A stretch of DNA of 64,000 nt from Paraburkholderia sp. (GTDB taxonomy: Bacteria; Pseudomonadota; Gammaproteobacteria; Burkholderiales; Burkholderiaceae), in assembly GCA_039593375.1 (NCBI GenBank), contig JBCNPL010000001.1, forward strand, positions 8,862 to 72,861. Reading direction: 5' to 3'. The translations under genes were made by a program, and so were the position numbers. Positions within the stretch are counted from its first letter, which is position 1, and each line of letters begins with the position of its first letter. Positions 1-10,122 of the stretch are shown in pieces. A model generated the notes under the pieces. It ran no database searches and was not told the origin of the DNA. It was given only the letters and a program-made list of their open reading frames with translations.

Positions 1-644
1 TGCGCTCGACCGATGGCGGAACGAGTTGGACGCCGCACGAAGTGCCAGGCAGTGTCGGCTGTGTGCACATGAACATTCAACTGCTCGCCGACGGATCGTT
101 GATCGCCCTTTTCCGCAGCCGCTGGGCCGACCACATCTACGCTAGCCGCTCGAAGGACGGACGTGGCTGGAGCGCGCCCGAGCCGCTGACGCTGCCGAAC
201 AACAATTCGTCGATCCAATTCGTCGCGCTGGCGAACGGCCACCTCGGGCTCGTGTTCAACAACAGCAGCGCGAAAGAGAGCGTGGAACGTCGCGCGTCGC
301 TTTACGACGACATCGAGGATGCCGAAGATAGCGGCACCCTCGTCGCCCAAGCGGCGTCCTCGCGCGGAACGGCGTTTTGGGGCGCGCCGCGCGCGCCGAT
401 GACGCTAGCCATTTCGACCGATGGCGGGCGTACCTGGCCGATCGCGCGCAACCTCGAAACGGGTGACGGCTATTGCATGACGAACAATTCGGCCGAGAAG
501 CTCAACCGCGAGTTTTCCTATCCTTCGATCGCGCAATCGCCGGACGGCAGGCTTCATATCGCGTACACATACTTCCGGCAGCGCATCAAGTATGTCAGCG
601 TCACCGAAGACTGGGTCTCGTCGAAGCAGCAAGCGGCACAGTGA
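1..644 (+). CDS. BNR/Asp-box (sialidase-like) beta-propeller glycoside hydrolase, 5'-truncated by the window edge
   Basis: Frame is open from base 3. Asp-boxes RSTDGGTSW, SKDGRGW and STDGGRTW; C-terminal FSYPSI..DGRLHIAYT typical of BNR_2 proteins. Confidence 0.8.
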   Translation, partial: RSTDGGTSWTPHEVPGSVGCVHMNIQLLADGSLIALFRSRWADHIYASRSKDGRGWSAPEPLTLPNNNSSIQFVALANGHLGLVFNNSSAKESVERRASLYDDIEDAEDSGTLVAQAASSRGTAFWGAPRAPMTLAISTDGGRTWPIARNLETGDGYCMTNNSAEKLNREFSYPSIAQSPDGRLHIAYTYFRQRIKYVSVTEDWVSSKQQAAQ

Positions 645-783
645 ATGCGCCCGGAAGACGCGCGTTCGTCTCGGGTTCTGAGACATCACGAGCGGGAAAT
701 CGATAAACTACGCCCGCGCCGCCCGCTCGGCGCCGCTGCCCGTCCCAGCGCGGCGGCGCCCAGAACCCGTTACCGATCAGCCA

Positions 784-1575
784 ATGAAAGTTGCTCGCCG
801 CCGCGAGGCCATGCTCAAGGCAGTCCTGTCTGGAATGACGGAAGTCGCCGAATTGTGCGAACACTTCGGCATGTCCGAGGCCACAGTCCGCCGCGATCTG
901 CGCGCACTGGCGGACGAGGGCCTGATTCTGCGCACCTACGGAGGCGCGGCATCCGTCAGCATCCATGCGCCGGAAGAGCCGCTCGAGCAGCGCACTCAGA
1001 GCTTTCAGGCCGAGAAGGATGCAATAGGCCGGGCGGCCGCGGCGCACGTCGTCGAGGGCGATACGATCTTTCTCGACAGCGGCACGACGACTGCGGCGCT
1101 GGCGCGCGCACTGACGAGCAGGCAAGACGTTCACGTCGTCACGAACAACCTGCTCGTCGTGCAGATACTGGCGGGAAGCCAGGTGCAACTGACGCTGCTC
1201 GGCGGCGAAGTGCGAGCGTCCAGCATGAGCACGTTTGGCGCAATCTCTCAGCTGGCGCTGACGCGCATCACAGTCGACAAGGCGTTTCTCGGGGCGGACG
1301 GCGTCGTGCCGGGCCGCGGTCTTTGCGAAGCGACGGCGGACCAGGCATATCTGAAGGAGTGCGTGATGCGGCAGGCAGCGGTGGTCTACGTGCTGGCCAC
1401 CTCCGACAAGCTGAATCGCGACAGTCAGCAACACTGGGCCCCCCTCGAAAAGCCATGGACGCTCATTACCGACGCTTCGTCGCCCGACGCGGGACTGCAG
1501 GCCTTCGACGGCATCGCCGGCGTGACGATCGAGAACGTCACGCTGCCGGCCGGCGAAGCGGACGAACTGAAGTGA
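784..1575 (+). CDS. DeoR/GlpR family transcriptional regulator
   Basis: HTH MSEATVRRDLRAL; sensor-domain motifs EKDAIG, IFLDSGTT, VVTNN. Confidence 0.93.
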   Translation: MKVARRREAMLKAVLSGMTEVAELCEHFGMSEATVRRDLRALADEGLILRTYGGAASVSIHAPEEPLEQRTQSFQAEKDAIGRAAAAHVVEGDTIFLDSGTTTAALARALTSRQDVHVVTNNLLVVQILAGSQVQLTLLGGEVRASSMSTFGAISQLALTRITVDKAFLGADGVVPGRGLCEATADQAYLKECVMRQAAVVYVLATSDKLNRDSQQHWAPLEKPWTLITDASSPDAGLQAFDGIAGVTIENVTLPAGEADELK

Positions 1576-1616
1576 AAGAGTCCGACGCGCATTGAGTCGA
1601 GACTGCGGGAGAAGCC

Positions 1617-2297
1617 ATGATCAAGCGAACTTTAGTAACCGGCGCGAGTTCCGGTATCGGGCTTGCCATTGCGTTGCGGCTCTTGAAGGACGGTCACGAG
1701 GTCATCGGGCTTAGCCGCACCAAACCCGACATCGCGGATGAGCGTTTTAGCCACATTCGCGCGGACTTGAACAACGTCGAGGCGATTGCGGACGAACTGC
1801 GACGACCAGGAGACGTCCACGGTCTCGTTCACGCGGCCGGCTTCATGAAAACGGCAAAGCTCGGTGAATTGGATTTCAATAGCGGCAAAGCGATGTGGCG
1901 TCTCCACGTCGGCGCGGCGTCCGCGCTTGCGAACGTTCTCGTGCCCTCGATGCGCGATGGCGGGCGTATCGTGCTGATCGGCAGCCGCGTGTCGGCCGGG
2001 GCGGCGGGCCGCAGCCAGTACGCCGCGGCCAAAGCGGGGCTGGTGGGAATGGCGCGTTCGTGGGCCATCGAACTCGCACCGCGCGGAATTACCGTCAACG
2101 TGGTATCGCCCGCCGCAACCGCAACGCCGATGCTGGGCGACCCGCAACGGGCGTCGAGCGCTCCGAAGATGCCGCCTATCGGCCGATATGTCCGGCCCGA
2201 AGAAGTCGCCGCGCTCGTGGCGTTTCTAGTCGGGGACGATGCCGGCGCCATTACGGGGCAACAGATCATGGTGTGCGGCGGTAGTTCGCTGAGCTAA
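1617..2297 (+). CDS. SDR family oxidoreductase
   Basis: TGASSGIG, YAAAK, VNVVSP, ITGQ; GGGAGA Shine-Dalgarno. Confidence 0.92.
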   Translation: MIKRTLVTGASSGIGLAIALRLLKDGHEVIGLSRTKPDIADERFSHIRADLNNVEAIADELRRPGDVHGLVHAAGFMKTAKLGELDFNSGKAMWRLHVGAASALANVLVPSMRDGGRIVLIGSRVSAGAAGRSQYAAAKAGLVGMARSWAIELAPRGITVNVVSPAATATPMLGDPQRASSAPKMPPIGRYVRPEEVAALVAFLVGDDAGAITGQQIMVCGGSSLS

Positions 2298-2307
2298 CGA
2301 ATTTTGC

Positions 2308-2335
2308 AAAAAGGGCGAGTCCGCGGACTCGCCCT
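2308..2335 (-). terminator. Rho-independent terminator between convergent genes
   Basis: Perfect inverted repeat AGGGCGAGTCC-GC-GGACTCGCCCT followed by a T-run on the minus strand. Confidence 0.75.
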
Positions 2336-2394
2336 GAACTGCGCACGCCCAACTCTTGTGGCCAGGGGCTGGTTCGTGCCGAAGGCCAACGATG

Positions 2395-2790
2395 TTATTG
2401 CGCTTTTACAGCCGCATCAGTCTTGACGTCGGCCTTCACGGGCGCCGTGCCGGTTTCCGTGGCGGCGCCGGACTTCGCCTTGTCAGCGCCAGTCTCAGCG
2501 CTTTGCTCCTTCTTGTGCAACTTGTGCCCTTGAGTCTTTGCACCATGCTCGACTGACTTCTTCTTGCTGTGCACGCCATGGATCACCTTCTTCGGCGCGG
2601 TGCCGGCTTCATTGGTCGACGCATCGGTCTTCGTCGTACCCGCTTGCACCTCGGTGCTGGCCTTGGTGTCGGTCTGACCGGCTTGCGCCGCGGCGGTTGC
2701 CGCCGCCGTCGATGACGCGGGTGCGGCGGTCTGCGCGAAAGCGGTGGAAACGAGCAGAGCGGAAGCGAGAGCAGCGAAAATCGTCTTCAT
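2395..2790 (-). CDS. Small secreted low-complexity Ala/Thr/Lys/His-rich protein
   Basis: Sec signal MKTIFAALASALLVSTAFA|Q; AAGGAG SD; terminator downstream. Confidence 0.8.
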   Translation of the reverse strand: MKTIFAALASALLVSTAFAQTAAPASSTAAATAAAQAGQTDTKASTEVQAGTTKTDASTNEAGTAPKKVIHGVHSKKKSVEHGAKTQGHKLHKKEQSAETGADKAKSGAATETGTAPVKADVKTDAAVKAQ

Positions 2791-2970
2791 GAGTGACTCC
2801 TTTTCTTTGGGCGGCTGAAGAAGTTCAGCGCTGCCGGTTCAACGCGTGGCCGACGACACGTGTTGACCTCGAACTGGTGACAAAGCGTAAGGAGTGTGAC
2901 GAACGGTCTAGAATGATGCGCGACTGCTTCGCGCGCAATTCCGCTTCCCGACCAGGACGACATACTCGCC

Positions 2971-3945
2971 ATGACTACGCTTTCCCTGCCTGCCTTCGAC
3001 GACGTCGTCGCCGCCGCCAGGCGACTCGAAGGTTTTGCCCACCGCACCCCCGTCCTGACCTCGCGAACGATCAACGACGAACTCGGCGTGCAACTATTCT
3101 TCAAGTGCGAAAACCTGCAGCGCATGGGCGCGTTCAAATTCCGCGGCGCATTCAACGCCCTATCGAAATTCGACGAAGGTCAGCGTCGCCGCGGCGTTGT
3201 CGCGTTTTCTTCCGGCAATCACGCGCAGGCCATCGCGCTTTCGGCCCGACTGCTCGGCATGCCCGCGACGATCGTCATGCCTCACGACGCACCCGCCGTC
3301 AAGGTCGCGGCGACAAAGGGCTACGGCGGCAATGTCGTGATCTACGATCGCTACAAGGACGACAGAGAACAGATCGGTCGCGAGCTGGCGGACAAGCACG
3401 GCCTCACGCTGATTCCGCCGTACGACCATCCGGACGTCATCGCCGGTCAAGGCACGGCTGCGAAGGAGCTGTTCGAGGAAGTCGGGCCGCTCGATGCGTT
3501 CTTCGTGCCGCTGGGCGGCGGTGGCCTGCTGTCCGGGTCGGCGCTCTCGACACGCGCACTTTCACCCGATTGCGCGCTCTATGGCGTCGAGCCCGAAGCA
3601 GGCGATGACGGGCAGCAGTCCTTCCGTTCCGGGAAGATCGTGCACATCGATACACCCAAGACCATTGCCGACGGAGCGCAGACTCAGCATCTGGGCGAAC
3701 ATACATTCCCGATCATCCGGCGCGATGTCGACGATGTGCTGACGGCAAGCGACGCCGAACTCGTCGAATGCATGCGCTTTTTCGCGTCGCGCATGAAGCT
3801 CGTCGTCGAGCCTACCGGATGCCTGGGATTGGCCGCGGCCCGCCGCATGGGGGCCGCGCTCAAGGGAAAGCGGGTAGGCGTGCTCGTCAGCGGAGGCAAC
3901 GTCGACATTCAAAGATTCGCCGAACTGGTGGCGCTCAACGGATAA
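2971..3945 (+). CDS. PLP-dependent Ser/Thr dehydratase family (threo-3-hydroxyaspartate ammonia-lyase / serine racemase-like)
   Basis: KCENLQRMGAFKFRGA (PLP Lys), SSGNHAQA, GGGGL, TIADG, SGGN. Confidence 0.9.
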   Translation: MTTLSLPAFDDVVAAARRLEGFAHRTPVLTSRTINDELGVQLFFKCENLQRMGAFKFRGAFNALSKFDEGQRRRGVVAFSSGNHAQAIALSARLLGMPATIVMPHDAPAVKVAATKGYGGNVVIYDRYKDDREQIGRELADKHGLTLIPPYDHPDVIAGQGTAAKELFEEVGPLDAFFVPLGGGGLLSGSALSTRALSPDCALYGVEPEAGDDGQQSFRSGKIVHIDTPKTIADGAQTQHLGEHTFPIIRRDVDDVLTASDAELVECMRFFASRMKLVVEPTGCLGLAAARRMGAALKGKRVGVLVSGGNVDIQRFAELVALNG

Positions 3946-3981
3946 GGCGCCGCGGCGTCCGCCCTATTCCCGAGACGCTCC

Positions 3982-5154
3982 CTACTCGATGATTTGAAAC
4001 TGATCGAGGTAGCGATCGTCGATGGAGAGCCCTAGTCCCGGCACGTCGTCGTCGAGATCGAGGAAGCCGTTTTGCGGTTGAGGATCGCCCTTGAAGATGT
4101 AGTAGAACAGCTCGTTGCCGACCTCGACATCGTGCACCGGGAAGTATTCCGACATCGGTGACGCGAGCGTCGACATCGTCAGGTGATAGTTGTGCATCTG
4201 GCCCGCGTGCGGAATGACGGGCACGCTGTACGCCTCGCACAACGCATTGATCTTGTGCGCCGCCGTGATACCGCCGACACGGTTCGTGTCGTATTGAACG
4301 ACGCTGACCGCTTTCTTGTCGAGCAACTGCTTGAAGCCGTGCAGCGTGAATTCGTGCTCGCCGCCCGAAATCGGAATCGACGTGAGCTGGTTGAGTTCGG
4401 CGTAGCCGTCGATATCGTCGGCGATGACGGGCTCTTCGAGCCAGCGTGGCTCGAACTTCTCGAGCTTCGGCAGAATCCGCTTCGCGTATTCCAGGTTCCA
4501 GCCCATATAACATTCGAGCATCAGGTCGTTCTCGTAGCCCACGACTTCGCGAACGGCCTCGACCGACTTCAAGTTTTCACGCACGCCGGCCACGCCGTCG
4601 CGCGGTCCGTAGCCGAAGCGCATCTTGAATGCCTTGAAGCCCTGCTCCAGATAACCCGCGGCTTCCTTTTGCATCTCGCCGAGATCGGTGCGGTAGAGCT
4701 TCGACGCATAACAAGGAATCTTTTCCTTGGTCCGCCCGCCGAGCAGCTTGAACACGGGCTTGCCGGTCGCCTTGCCCATCAAGTCCCATAGTGCGATGTC
4801 GACGCCCGAGATGGCCGCCATGCCGATGCCCTTGCGGCCCCAGGCCAACGTCGACCGATACATGCGCTGCCAAAGGTATTCGTAGTCGAACGGGTCTTGG
4901 CCGATGACGAGCGGCGCCAGGTATTGATCGACGATCGCCTTCGCGATGCGCGGAGCGAGCGCGACGTTACCGAGGCCGACGAGCCCGGTATCGGTCTCGA
5001 CTTCGACGACGGTCCAGCCGTGAAAGCGGAACGTGCCCATCGAATCGCCGCGATCGTACAGCTGGTCCATCGCGTTGGAGCAAAAGTGCGCCTGCGGCGG
5101 CACCGTCTTGCCCTTCCATTCGAAAACGCGTGCGCGCACTTTGGTGATCTTCAT
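3982..5154 (-). CDS. lyxD: Enolase-superfamily sugar-acid dehydratase, probable L-lyxonate dehydratase
   Basis: N-terminus [25 protein letters not shown] recalled as LyxD-type; FKMRFG, ECYMGW, WLEEP, SGGEHE, IPHAG; gene context. Confidence 0.8.
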   Translation of the reverse strand: MKITKVRARVFEWKGKTVPPQAHFCSNAMDQLYDRGDSMGTFRFHGWTVVEVETDTGLVGLGNVALAPRIAKAIVDQYLAPLVIGQDPFDYEYLWQRMYRSTLAWGRKGIGMAAISGVDIALWDLMGKATGKPVFKLLGGRTKEKIPCYASKLYRTDLGEMQKEAAGYLEQGFKAFKMRFGYGPRDGVAGVRENLKSVEAVREVVGYENDLMLECYMGWNLEYAKRILPKLEKFEPRWLEEPVIADDIDGYAELNQLTSIPISGGEHEFTLHGFKQLLDKKAVSVVQYDTNRVGGITAAHKINALCEAYSVPVIPHAGQMHNYHLTMSTLASPMSEYFPVHDVEVGNELFYYIFKGDPQPQNGFLDLDDDVPGLGLSIDDRYLDQFQIIE

Positions 5155-5231
5155 GATCGGATGTCTCCTCGGAATCGTCAGGATGGATTCGTGACTGCTG
5201 CTTGAAATATTGGGGGAGCTAGGCGATCAAA

Positions 5232-5261
5232 TCTATTGACGTTTTTCTATCTATCGATAAC
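5232..5261 (-). promoter_or_regulatory. Putative LysR operator/promoter box 1 (upstream of lyxD)
   Basis: Minus strand GTTATCG-ATAGATAGAAAAACG-TCAATAGA; same layout at 6267 and 13231. Confidence 0.65.
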
Positions 5262-5306
5262 TCTTCCTCATACCTACGTTTTGGCCCGCGCGCCGCTCGA
5301 ACCGTC

Positions 5307-6245
5307 ATGATTCCTCCATTCAGCACCTTGCAAGGGCGCCTCAGAATGCAGCATCTTCGGCTGCTGATCGCAGTCGAAGATCGCGGCTCGCTGCGCCAGG
5401 CAGCCGACGCACTGGCGCTGACCCAGCCCGCCGTCACGAAGATGCTGAGGGACATGGAAACGCTGCTCGGCGTGACGTTGTTCGAACGCCATGTGCGCGG
5501 CTTGCGTCCGACGCGCTTCGGCGCGGCGGCCACGCGCTACGCCAAGCTCGTCTTCTCGGACATGGCCGGGCTTCGCGACGAACTGGCGGCGCTCGAGTCG
5601 GGCAAGGTCGGCAAAGTGAGAGTCGGTGCGGTGATGGCCCCGACGCCGGTCCTGCTCGCCGAAGTCATTCGCCGCCTCAAGCGTGATCATCCGCTGCTCG
5701 ATGTCAGCGTTCAGGTCGATACGAGTGACGTCCTCGTGCCGATGCTCGAGCGCGATCAACTCGACGTCGTGCTCGGTCGCGTGCCGGAGGGCTGGGACAG
5801 CAGCCTGCTCGAGTTCGAACATCTCAGCGACGAAGCGCTTTCCCTCGTCGTGTGCCACGAGCATCCCCTGCTGAAGCGCCGCAAGCTCTCGCTCGAGGAG
5901 TTGGTGGCGTTTCCGTGGATCTTGCAGCCGCGGCCGAGCCCGATGCGCACGCTCGTCGATCTGTCGTTCGCGGACGCCGGCCTCGTGCCGCCGCCGAGCA
6001 CGATAGAAACCGCGGCCGTGCTGATGACCACTTCGCTGTTGCCTGGCAGCGACCTCATTGCCGTTCTGCCGTCCTCGGTCGCCGCGTACTACGCTGAACT
6101 CGACGTGCTGAGGGTGCTGCCCGTGCGGCTGCCGCGCGAGCTCGGTCCATACGGCATCGTCACGCGGCGCGGGCGCGAGCTGTCGGCATCGATGTCGCTA
6201 CTGTTCGACACGCTGCGTGCGGCGGCGGCCGAAGGGCTGGCTTGA
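5307..6245 (+). CDS. LysR family transcriptional regulator
   Basis: HTH GSLRQAADALALTQPAVTK, LFER; divergent from lyxD. Confidence 0.93.
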   Translation: MIPPFSTLQGRLRMQHLRLLIAVEDRGSLRQAADALALTQPAVTKMLRDMETLLGVTLFERHVRGLRPTRFGAAATRYAKLVFSDMAGLRDELAALESGKVGKVRVGAVMAPTPVLLAEVIRRLKRDHPLLDVSVQVDTSDVLVPMLERDQLDVVLGRVPEGWDSSLLEFEHLSDEALSLVVCHEHPLLKRRKLSLEELVAFPWILQPRPSPMRTLVDLSFADAGLVPPPSTIETAAVLMTTSLLPGSDLIAVLPSSVAAYYAELDVLRVLPVRLPRELGPYGIVTRRGRELSASMSLLFDTLRAAAAEGLA

Positions 6246-6266
6246 CGCGCCAAGCGAACAACGCAG

Positions 6267-6296
6267 GTTATCGCCCTATCCAAAAAACTCAATAGA
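6267..6296 (+). promoter_or_regulatory. Putative LysR operator/promoter box 2 (upstream of MFS gene)
   Basis: GTTATCG-CCCTATCCAAAAAAC-TCAATAGA. Confidence 0.65.
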
Positions 6297-6445
6297 CATT
6301 CGCTCCATGCTCGCGCGACGCTAGCGCCTGGGTCTCGATTCTTCGATTCGCAACGACCGCGGATCGAGCGAACCGCAGGCCCGAGCCACTCAAGTAAACA
6401 AAAAGAGCGACGTCGCCACGACGCCGCAAAACAACGGAGCGAGAC

Positions 6446-7708
6446 ATGCCCACCGATCACCGGCAACGACGCCGCACATTGCTGCTACTCTGTGCCCTTT
6501 CCTTCATTCTCTACGTCGATCGAGTCAACTTGGCGACGGCCGCCGGCGCCATCAAGGCCGAACTCGGACTGACCAATACCGGGCTTGGCGTTGCATTTTC
6601 CGCCTTCGCCTACTCCTATGCCATCTGCCAGGTCGCCGGCGGGTGGATCGCCGATAGGTTCGGCGCACGCAACACGTTGATCGGCTGCGGCCTCATCTGG
6701 GTCATCTCGACGTTTGCCACAGGCTTCGTGCACACCTTGGGCCTGCTCTTCGCCGCGCGTCTACTGCTCGGGATCGGCGAGGGCGCGACGCTGCCGGCCC
6801 AAGCCCGCGCGGTGACACGCTGGTTTCCACGCGAACAGCGCGGCATCGTGCAGGGGTTCACGCATTCATTCTCCCGGCTCGGCAATGCCATCACGCCGCC
6901 GATCGTGGCCGCGCTGATGGCATGGCTCTCGTGGCGCGCGGCGTTCTATGTCATTGGTGCCGTGACGGCGGTTTGGCTCGTCTGGTGGTGCGTTTCGTTC
7001 CGCGAGCACCCGCAAGACGCGACGACGAATGTCCTCGACGGCGCGTCGCCGTCAGGTCCGACACCGTGGGGCCCGCTCGTCAAGCGCATGGCGCCGACCA
7101 TCTTCGTCTACTTCTGCTACGGCTGGACTGCCTGGCTTTTCTTCACTTGGCTGCCGACGTTCTTCCTGCACGGCGAAGGCCTCAATCTCAAGTCGTCGGC
7201 GCTATTCGCGTCAGGCGTCTTCTTCGCCGGGGTGGCCGGGGATACCGTCGGCGGCTGGCTCAGCGATCAGATTTACCGCAGGACCGGGAATCTCGCCCTC
7301 GCGCGGCAAGGAGTCATCGTTCTCAGTTTCGTCGGCGCGCTGCTGTTTCTCGTGCCGCTCGCGTTCGTTCATTCCGCGGTCGGCGTGGCGCTGTGCTTGT
7401 CGGGGTCGTTCCTGTTTCTCGAGTTGACGATCGGACCGATCTGGGCCGTACCGAGCGACATCACGCGCACGCATGCCGGCATCGCGAGCGGCATGATGAA
7501 CGCGGGCTCAGCCGTCGCAGGCATCCTCTCGCCGATCCTGTTCGGCTTCCTCGTGGACCGGACCGGAAGCTGGACCCTGCCGTTCGCGGGCTCGGTCGCG
7601 ATGCTGCTGATCGGAATCGTGGCTGCGTTGCGCATCCGTCCTGAGCGGCCCTTGGTCACCGACGCGGTCGCGACGCCGCTCGAGCGGCTTGCACCGCGAG
7701 GCCGCTGA
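6446..7708 (+). CDS. MFS transporter, ACS/sugar-acid type
   Basis: YVDRVNL, GWIADRFGAR, RLLLGIGEG, WLPTF; many hydrophobic segments. Confidence 0.92.
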   Translation: MPTDHRQRRRTLLLLCALSFILYVDRVNLATAAGAIKAELGLTNTGLGVAFSAFAYSYAICQVAGGWIADRFGARNTLIGCGLIWVISTFATGFVHTLGLLFAARLLLGIGEGATLPAQARAVTRWFPREQRGIVQGFTHSFSRLGNAITPPIVAALMAWLSWRAAFYVIGAVTAVWLVWWCVSFREHPQDATTNVLDGASPSGPTPWGPLVKRMAPTIFVYFCYGWTAWLFFTWLPTFFLHGEGLNLKSSALFASGVFFAGVAGDTVGGWLSDQIYRRTGNLALARQGVIVLSFVGALLFLVPLAFVHSAVGVALCLSGSFLFLELTIGPIWAVPSDITRTHAGIASGMMNAGSAVAGILSPILFGFLVDRTGSWTLPFAGSVAMLLIGIVAALRIRPERPLVTDAVATPLERLAPRGR

Positions 7709-7762
7709 ATGGCGGCGTGCGGAATCGAGACGGGGCGTTGCCCCGTCTTTCGCCGCTGGGTT

Positions 7763-8743
7763 TCAGGCGTCGTCGATGCCGACAATCGGGGCCGCTGGGG
7801 ACGCCAGAGCGATCCTGTAGAAGCGCAATGCGTTAGTGGCCATCACCGCGCCGCGCTGCGACGGCGTCAAATCGGCAAGCATGCGCAGCATCCCGTCGAC
7901 GAGCTCTCTATAGCCGATGCGCAAGCCCGCAACCGGGAAGTTGCTGGCGAACATGCAGCGCTCCCAACCGAAGATCGCAAGCGTATCGCGCACGATTCGC
8001 GCGTTCGCCTGCCAGTCCCAGGCTTGGTCGCGCAGTCCGAATTCCGATAGCTTGACGTGGACGTTCGGCTCACGTGCCAGCGTTTCCATCCAGTCACGCC
8101 AGCGCGCAAGCCCTTCTTCGCTGCGATCCCACGCGAATCCATGATGATTGAGGACGATGGGCACCTCGGGAAAAAGGCGTGCGACCTCGGCCGCTTCCGG
8201 CAGATGCCATGCCGGAACACGGAGGTCCCAGCTGAGGCCGTGTCGAACCAGCAGCGAGAAGCCGCGCAACCAGGCATCGTCCTGCATCGATCCAGGTCGC
8301 CCGCGCACGCGGTCGATGTCCGCCGGCGAAGGGGCCGTCACCGGTTTGCTGCGTATTCCGCGCACGAGCGGGTATCGGAGATGCTCGAGCAAGCGCTCCT
8401 CGGTATCCGGGCGATCGAACCAAACATGCGCCACGACGGCATTCGGAAAGCCGTGCCTTTCATGCAGCGCGTGTAGCCAGGCAGTCTCGGCGACCTGTTG
8501 GTCGCGCGCGCGCTCGGCCTCGATATGGACAGTCGCTACCACGCGGCAACCGCGCGCGGCGGCACGATAATCTTCGGGAAGGAAATCGCGGCGAATCGAC
8601 CGATACTCGCCCAGAAAGAACGCATCGGGATCGTAGTGTTCCTGCAGCCAGGGGTAATGGCCGCGCGACAGATCCCAGAGATGGTGATGCGCATCGACGA
8701 TGTCGATGCGCTCCGTTTCAAAATTGGATATGTTGCTTGTCAC
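7763..8743 (-). CDS. Amidohydrolase-superfamily lactonase, probable 2-carboxy-L-lyxonolactonase (ClxL-like)
   Basis: DAHHHLWD, VLNH, VHVKLS, MFASNFP; context. Confidence 0.8.
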   Translation of the reverse strand: MTSNISNFETERIDIVDAHHHLWDLSRGHYPWLQEHYDPDAFFLGEYRSIRRDFLPEDYRAAARGCRVVATVHIEAERARDQQVAETAWLHALHERHGFPNAVVAHVWFDRPDTEERLLEHLRYPLVRGIRSKPVTAPSPADIDRVRGRPGSMQDDAWLRGFSLLVRHGLSWDLRVPAWHLPEAAEVARLFPEVPIVLNHHGFAWDRSEEGLARWRDWMETLAREPNVHVKLSEFGLRDQAWDWQANARIVRDTLAIFGWERCMFASNFPVAGLRIGYRELVDGMLRMLADLTPSQRGAVMATNALRFYRIALASPAAPIVGIDDA

Positions 8744-8756
8744 GGCATCATCATGT

Positions 8757-10049
8757 TCAATGCTCGCAGCGCGCAGGCAGCGTGGTTGCGATCACCGCCG
8801 CCACGACGAGCGCAACGGCAAGGCAGTAGACCCCCACGTTGGCGCTGTAGTGCTGAATGAGCACGCCGACGGCGTACGGACCGCAAAAACCGCCGAGATT
8901 CCCGAGCGCGTTGATGAGGCCGCGCGCGCCGCCCGCTTGCTCGGCGCTGCAGAGCTTCGGCGGAATCGTCCAGAAGACGCCGGCCGCCGCCTGCAGGAAA
9001 AAACCGCAGCCGACCAGGAAGGCATAGGACAAGCCAATACTGGCCTGAAAGCGCACCGACAAGAAAAGACAGAGGGCGAATCCCAGCAGCGGCCCGATGA
9101 CGAAGGCCCGGCGCTTGCCCAATCGGTCCGACAGATGCGAAGTCGCCCACATGCCGGCCATCGTGCCCAAATACGGAAGGATCGCGAGCGCGCCGACCTG
9201 CCCCATGCCGCCATGCGTCAGATTCTTCAGGATCGTCGGCAGCCAGAGCGTATAGCCGTAGATACCCATTTGATAGAAGAAGTTCAGCGCGATGAGACGC
9301 CAGATGGCCGGATCGCCGAGCACCGCGGCGAACGAGGCCGAAACGCCGTGCTTCCCACGCGCCGCTTCCTGCTCGGCCAGCCTGGAACTCAGAATGTAGT
9401 CGCGCTCGGCCGCCGATAGCCACTGCGCCGTTTCGGGGCCATCGCTCGCGAATGCCAGCCAAAACACCAGCGCCAGCACCGACAAAAGCCCTGTCGTAAA
9501 GAAGAGGTAGTGCCAGTTGAATGTCGCCAGGACCGCGCCCGATAACGGCGCCGTGATCATGCCGGCGAGCGGAACGAACATGATGACGGCGGCATTGGCG
9601 CGCCCCCGCTCATGATCGGGAAACCAGTGGCTGACCATCGTCAGCACGACAGGCAACATCCCGCCCTCGGCAACGCCGAGCGCGAAGCGCAGCGTCAAGA
9701 GTTGCCAGGCCTCTGTGACGAGGCCGGTCAACGCTGAAATGAGGGCCCATGCAACCAGCGACCACGCGATGAAGCGCTTGCCGCTCCCCAGCGCCGCCAG
9801 CCGCCCGCCCGGGATTTGCAGAAACAGATAGCCGATGAAGAAGATGCCCCCTGCGAGCCCCACCGTACTCGCGGCAAGCGCAAGATCGGCACTCATGCCG
9901 CCCGGCATCCCGAATGCGATGTTCACCCGATCCATGTAGGAAATGATGCACGTGAGCAGAATCGGCGGAATGACCCGCAACCAGCGGCTGCGAGGTACAG
10001 CTATATCGCCTGCGGCACTCGCGGCGCCGACACCTTCGAACGTCGTCAT
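8757..10049 (-). CDS. MFS transporter, ACS/sugar-acid type
   Basis: Start moved to ATG 10049 (GGAGA SD); SYMDRVNI, RFALGVAEGG, WFPDHERGRA, LWLPTIL. Confidence 0.92.
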   Translation of the reverse strand: MTTFEGVGAASAAGDIAVPRSRWLRVIPPILLTCIISYMDRVNIAFGMPGGMSADLALAASTVGLAGGIFFIGYLFLQIPGGRLAALGSGKRFIAWSLVAWALISALTGLVTEAWQLLTLRFALGVAEGGMLPVVLTMVSHWFPDHERGRANAAVIMFVPLAGMITAPLSGAVLATFNWHYLFFTTGLLSVLALVFWLAFASDGPETAQWLSAAERDYILSSRLAEQEAARGKHGVSASFAAVLGDPAIWRLIALNFFYQMGIYGYTLWLPTILKNLTHGGMGQVGALAILPYLGTMAGMWATSHLSDRLGKRRAFVIGPLLGFALCLFLSVRFQASIGLSYAFLVGCGFFLQAAAGVFWTIPPKLCSAEQAGGARGLINALGNLGGFCGPYAVGVLIQHYSANVGVYCLAVALVVAAVIATTLPARCEH

Positions 10050-10122
10050 TTTTCGTCTCCATGCGCGCGGAGCTCGCGCGTTGTATTGATATGTTTCGAT
10101 CTGGCTGTTTAACGGCGATGCG

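Noticed and set aside
2971-3945. Racemase supplying D-amino acid to the DltA-like ligase
   Set aside because: 20 kb away, separately transcribed, and a widespread dehydratase family; no evidence of linkage
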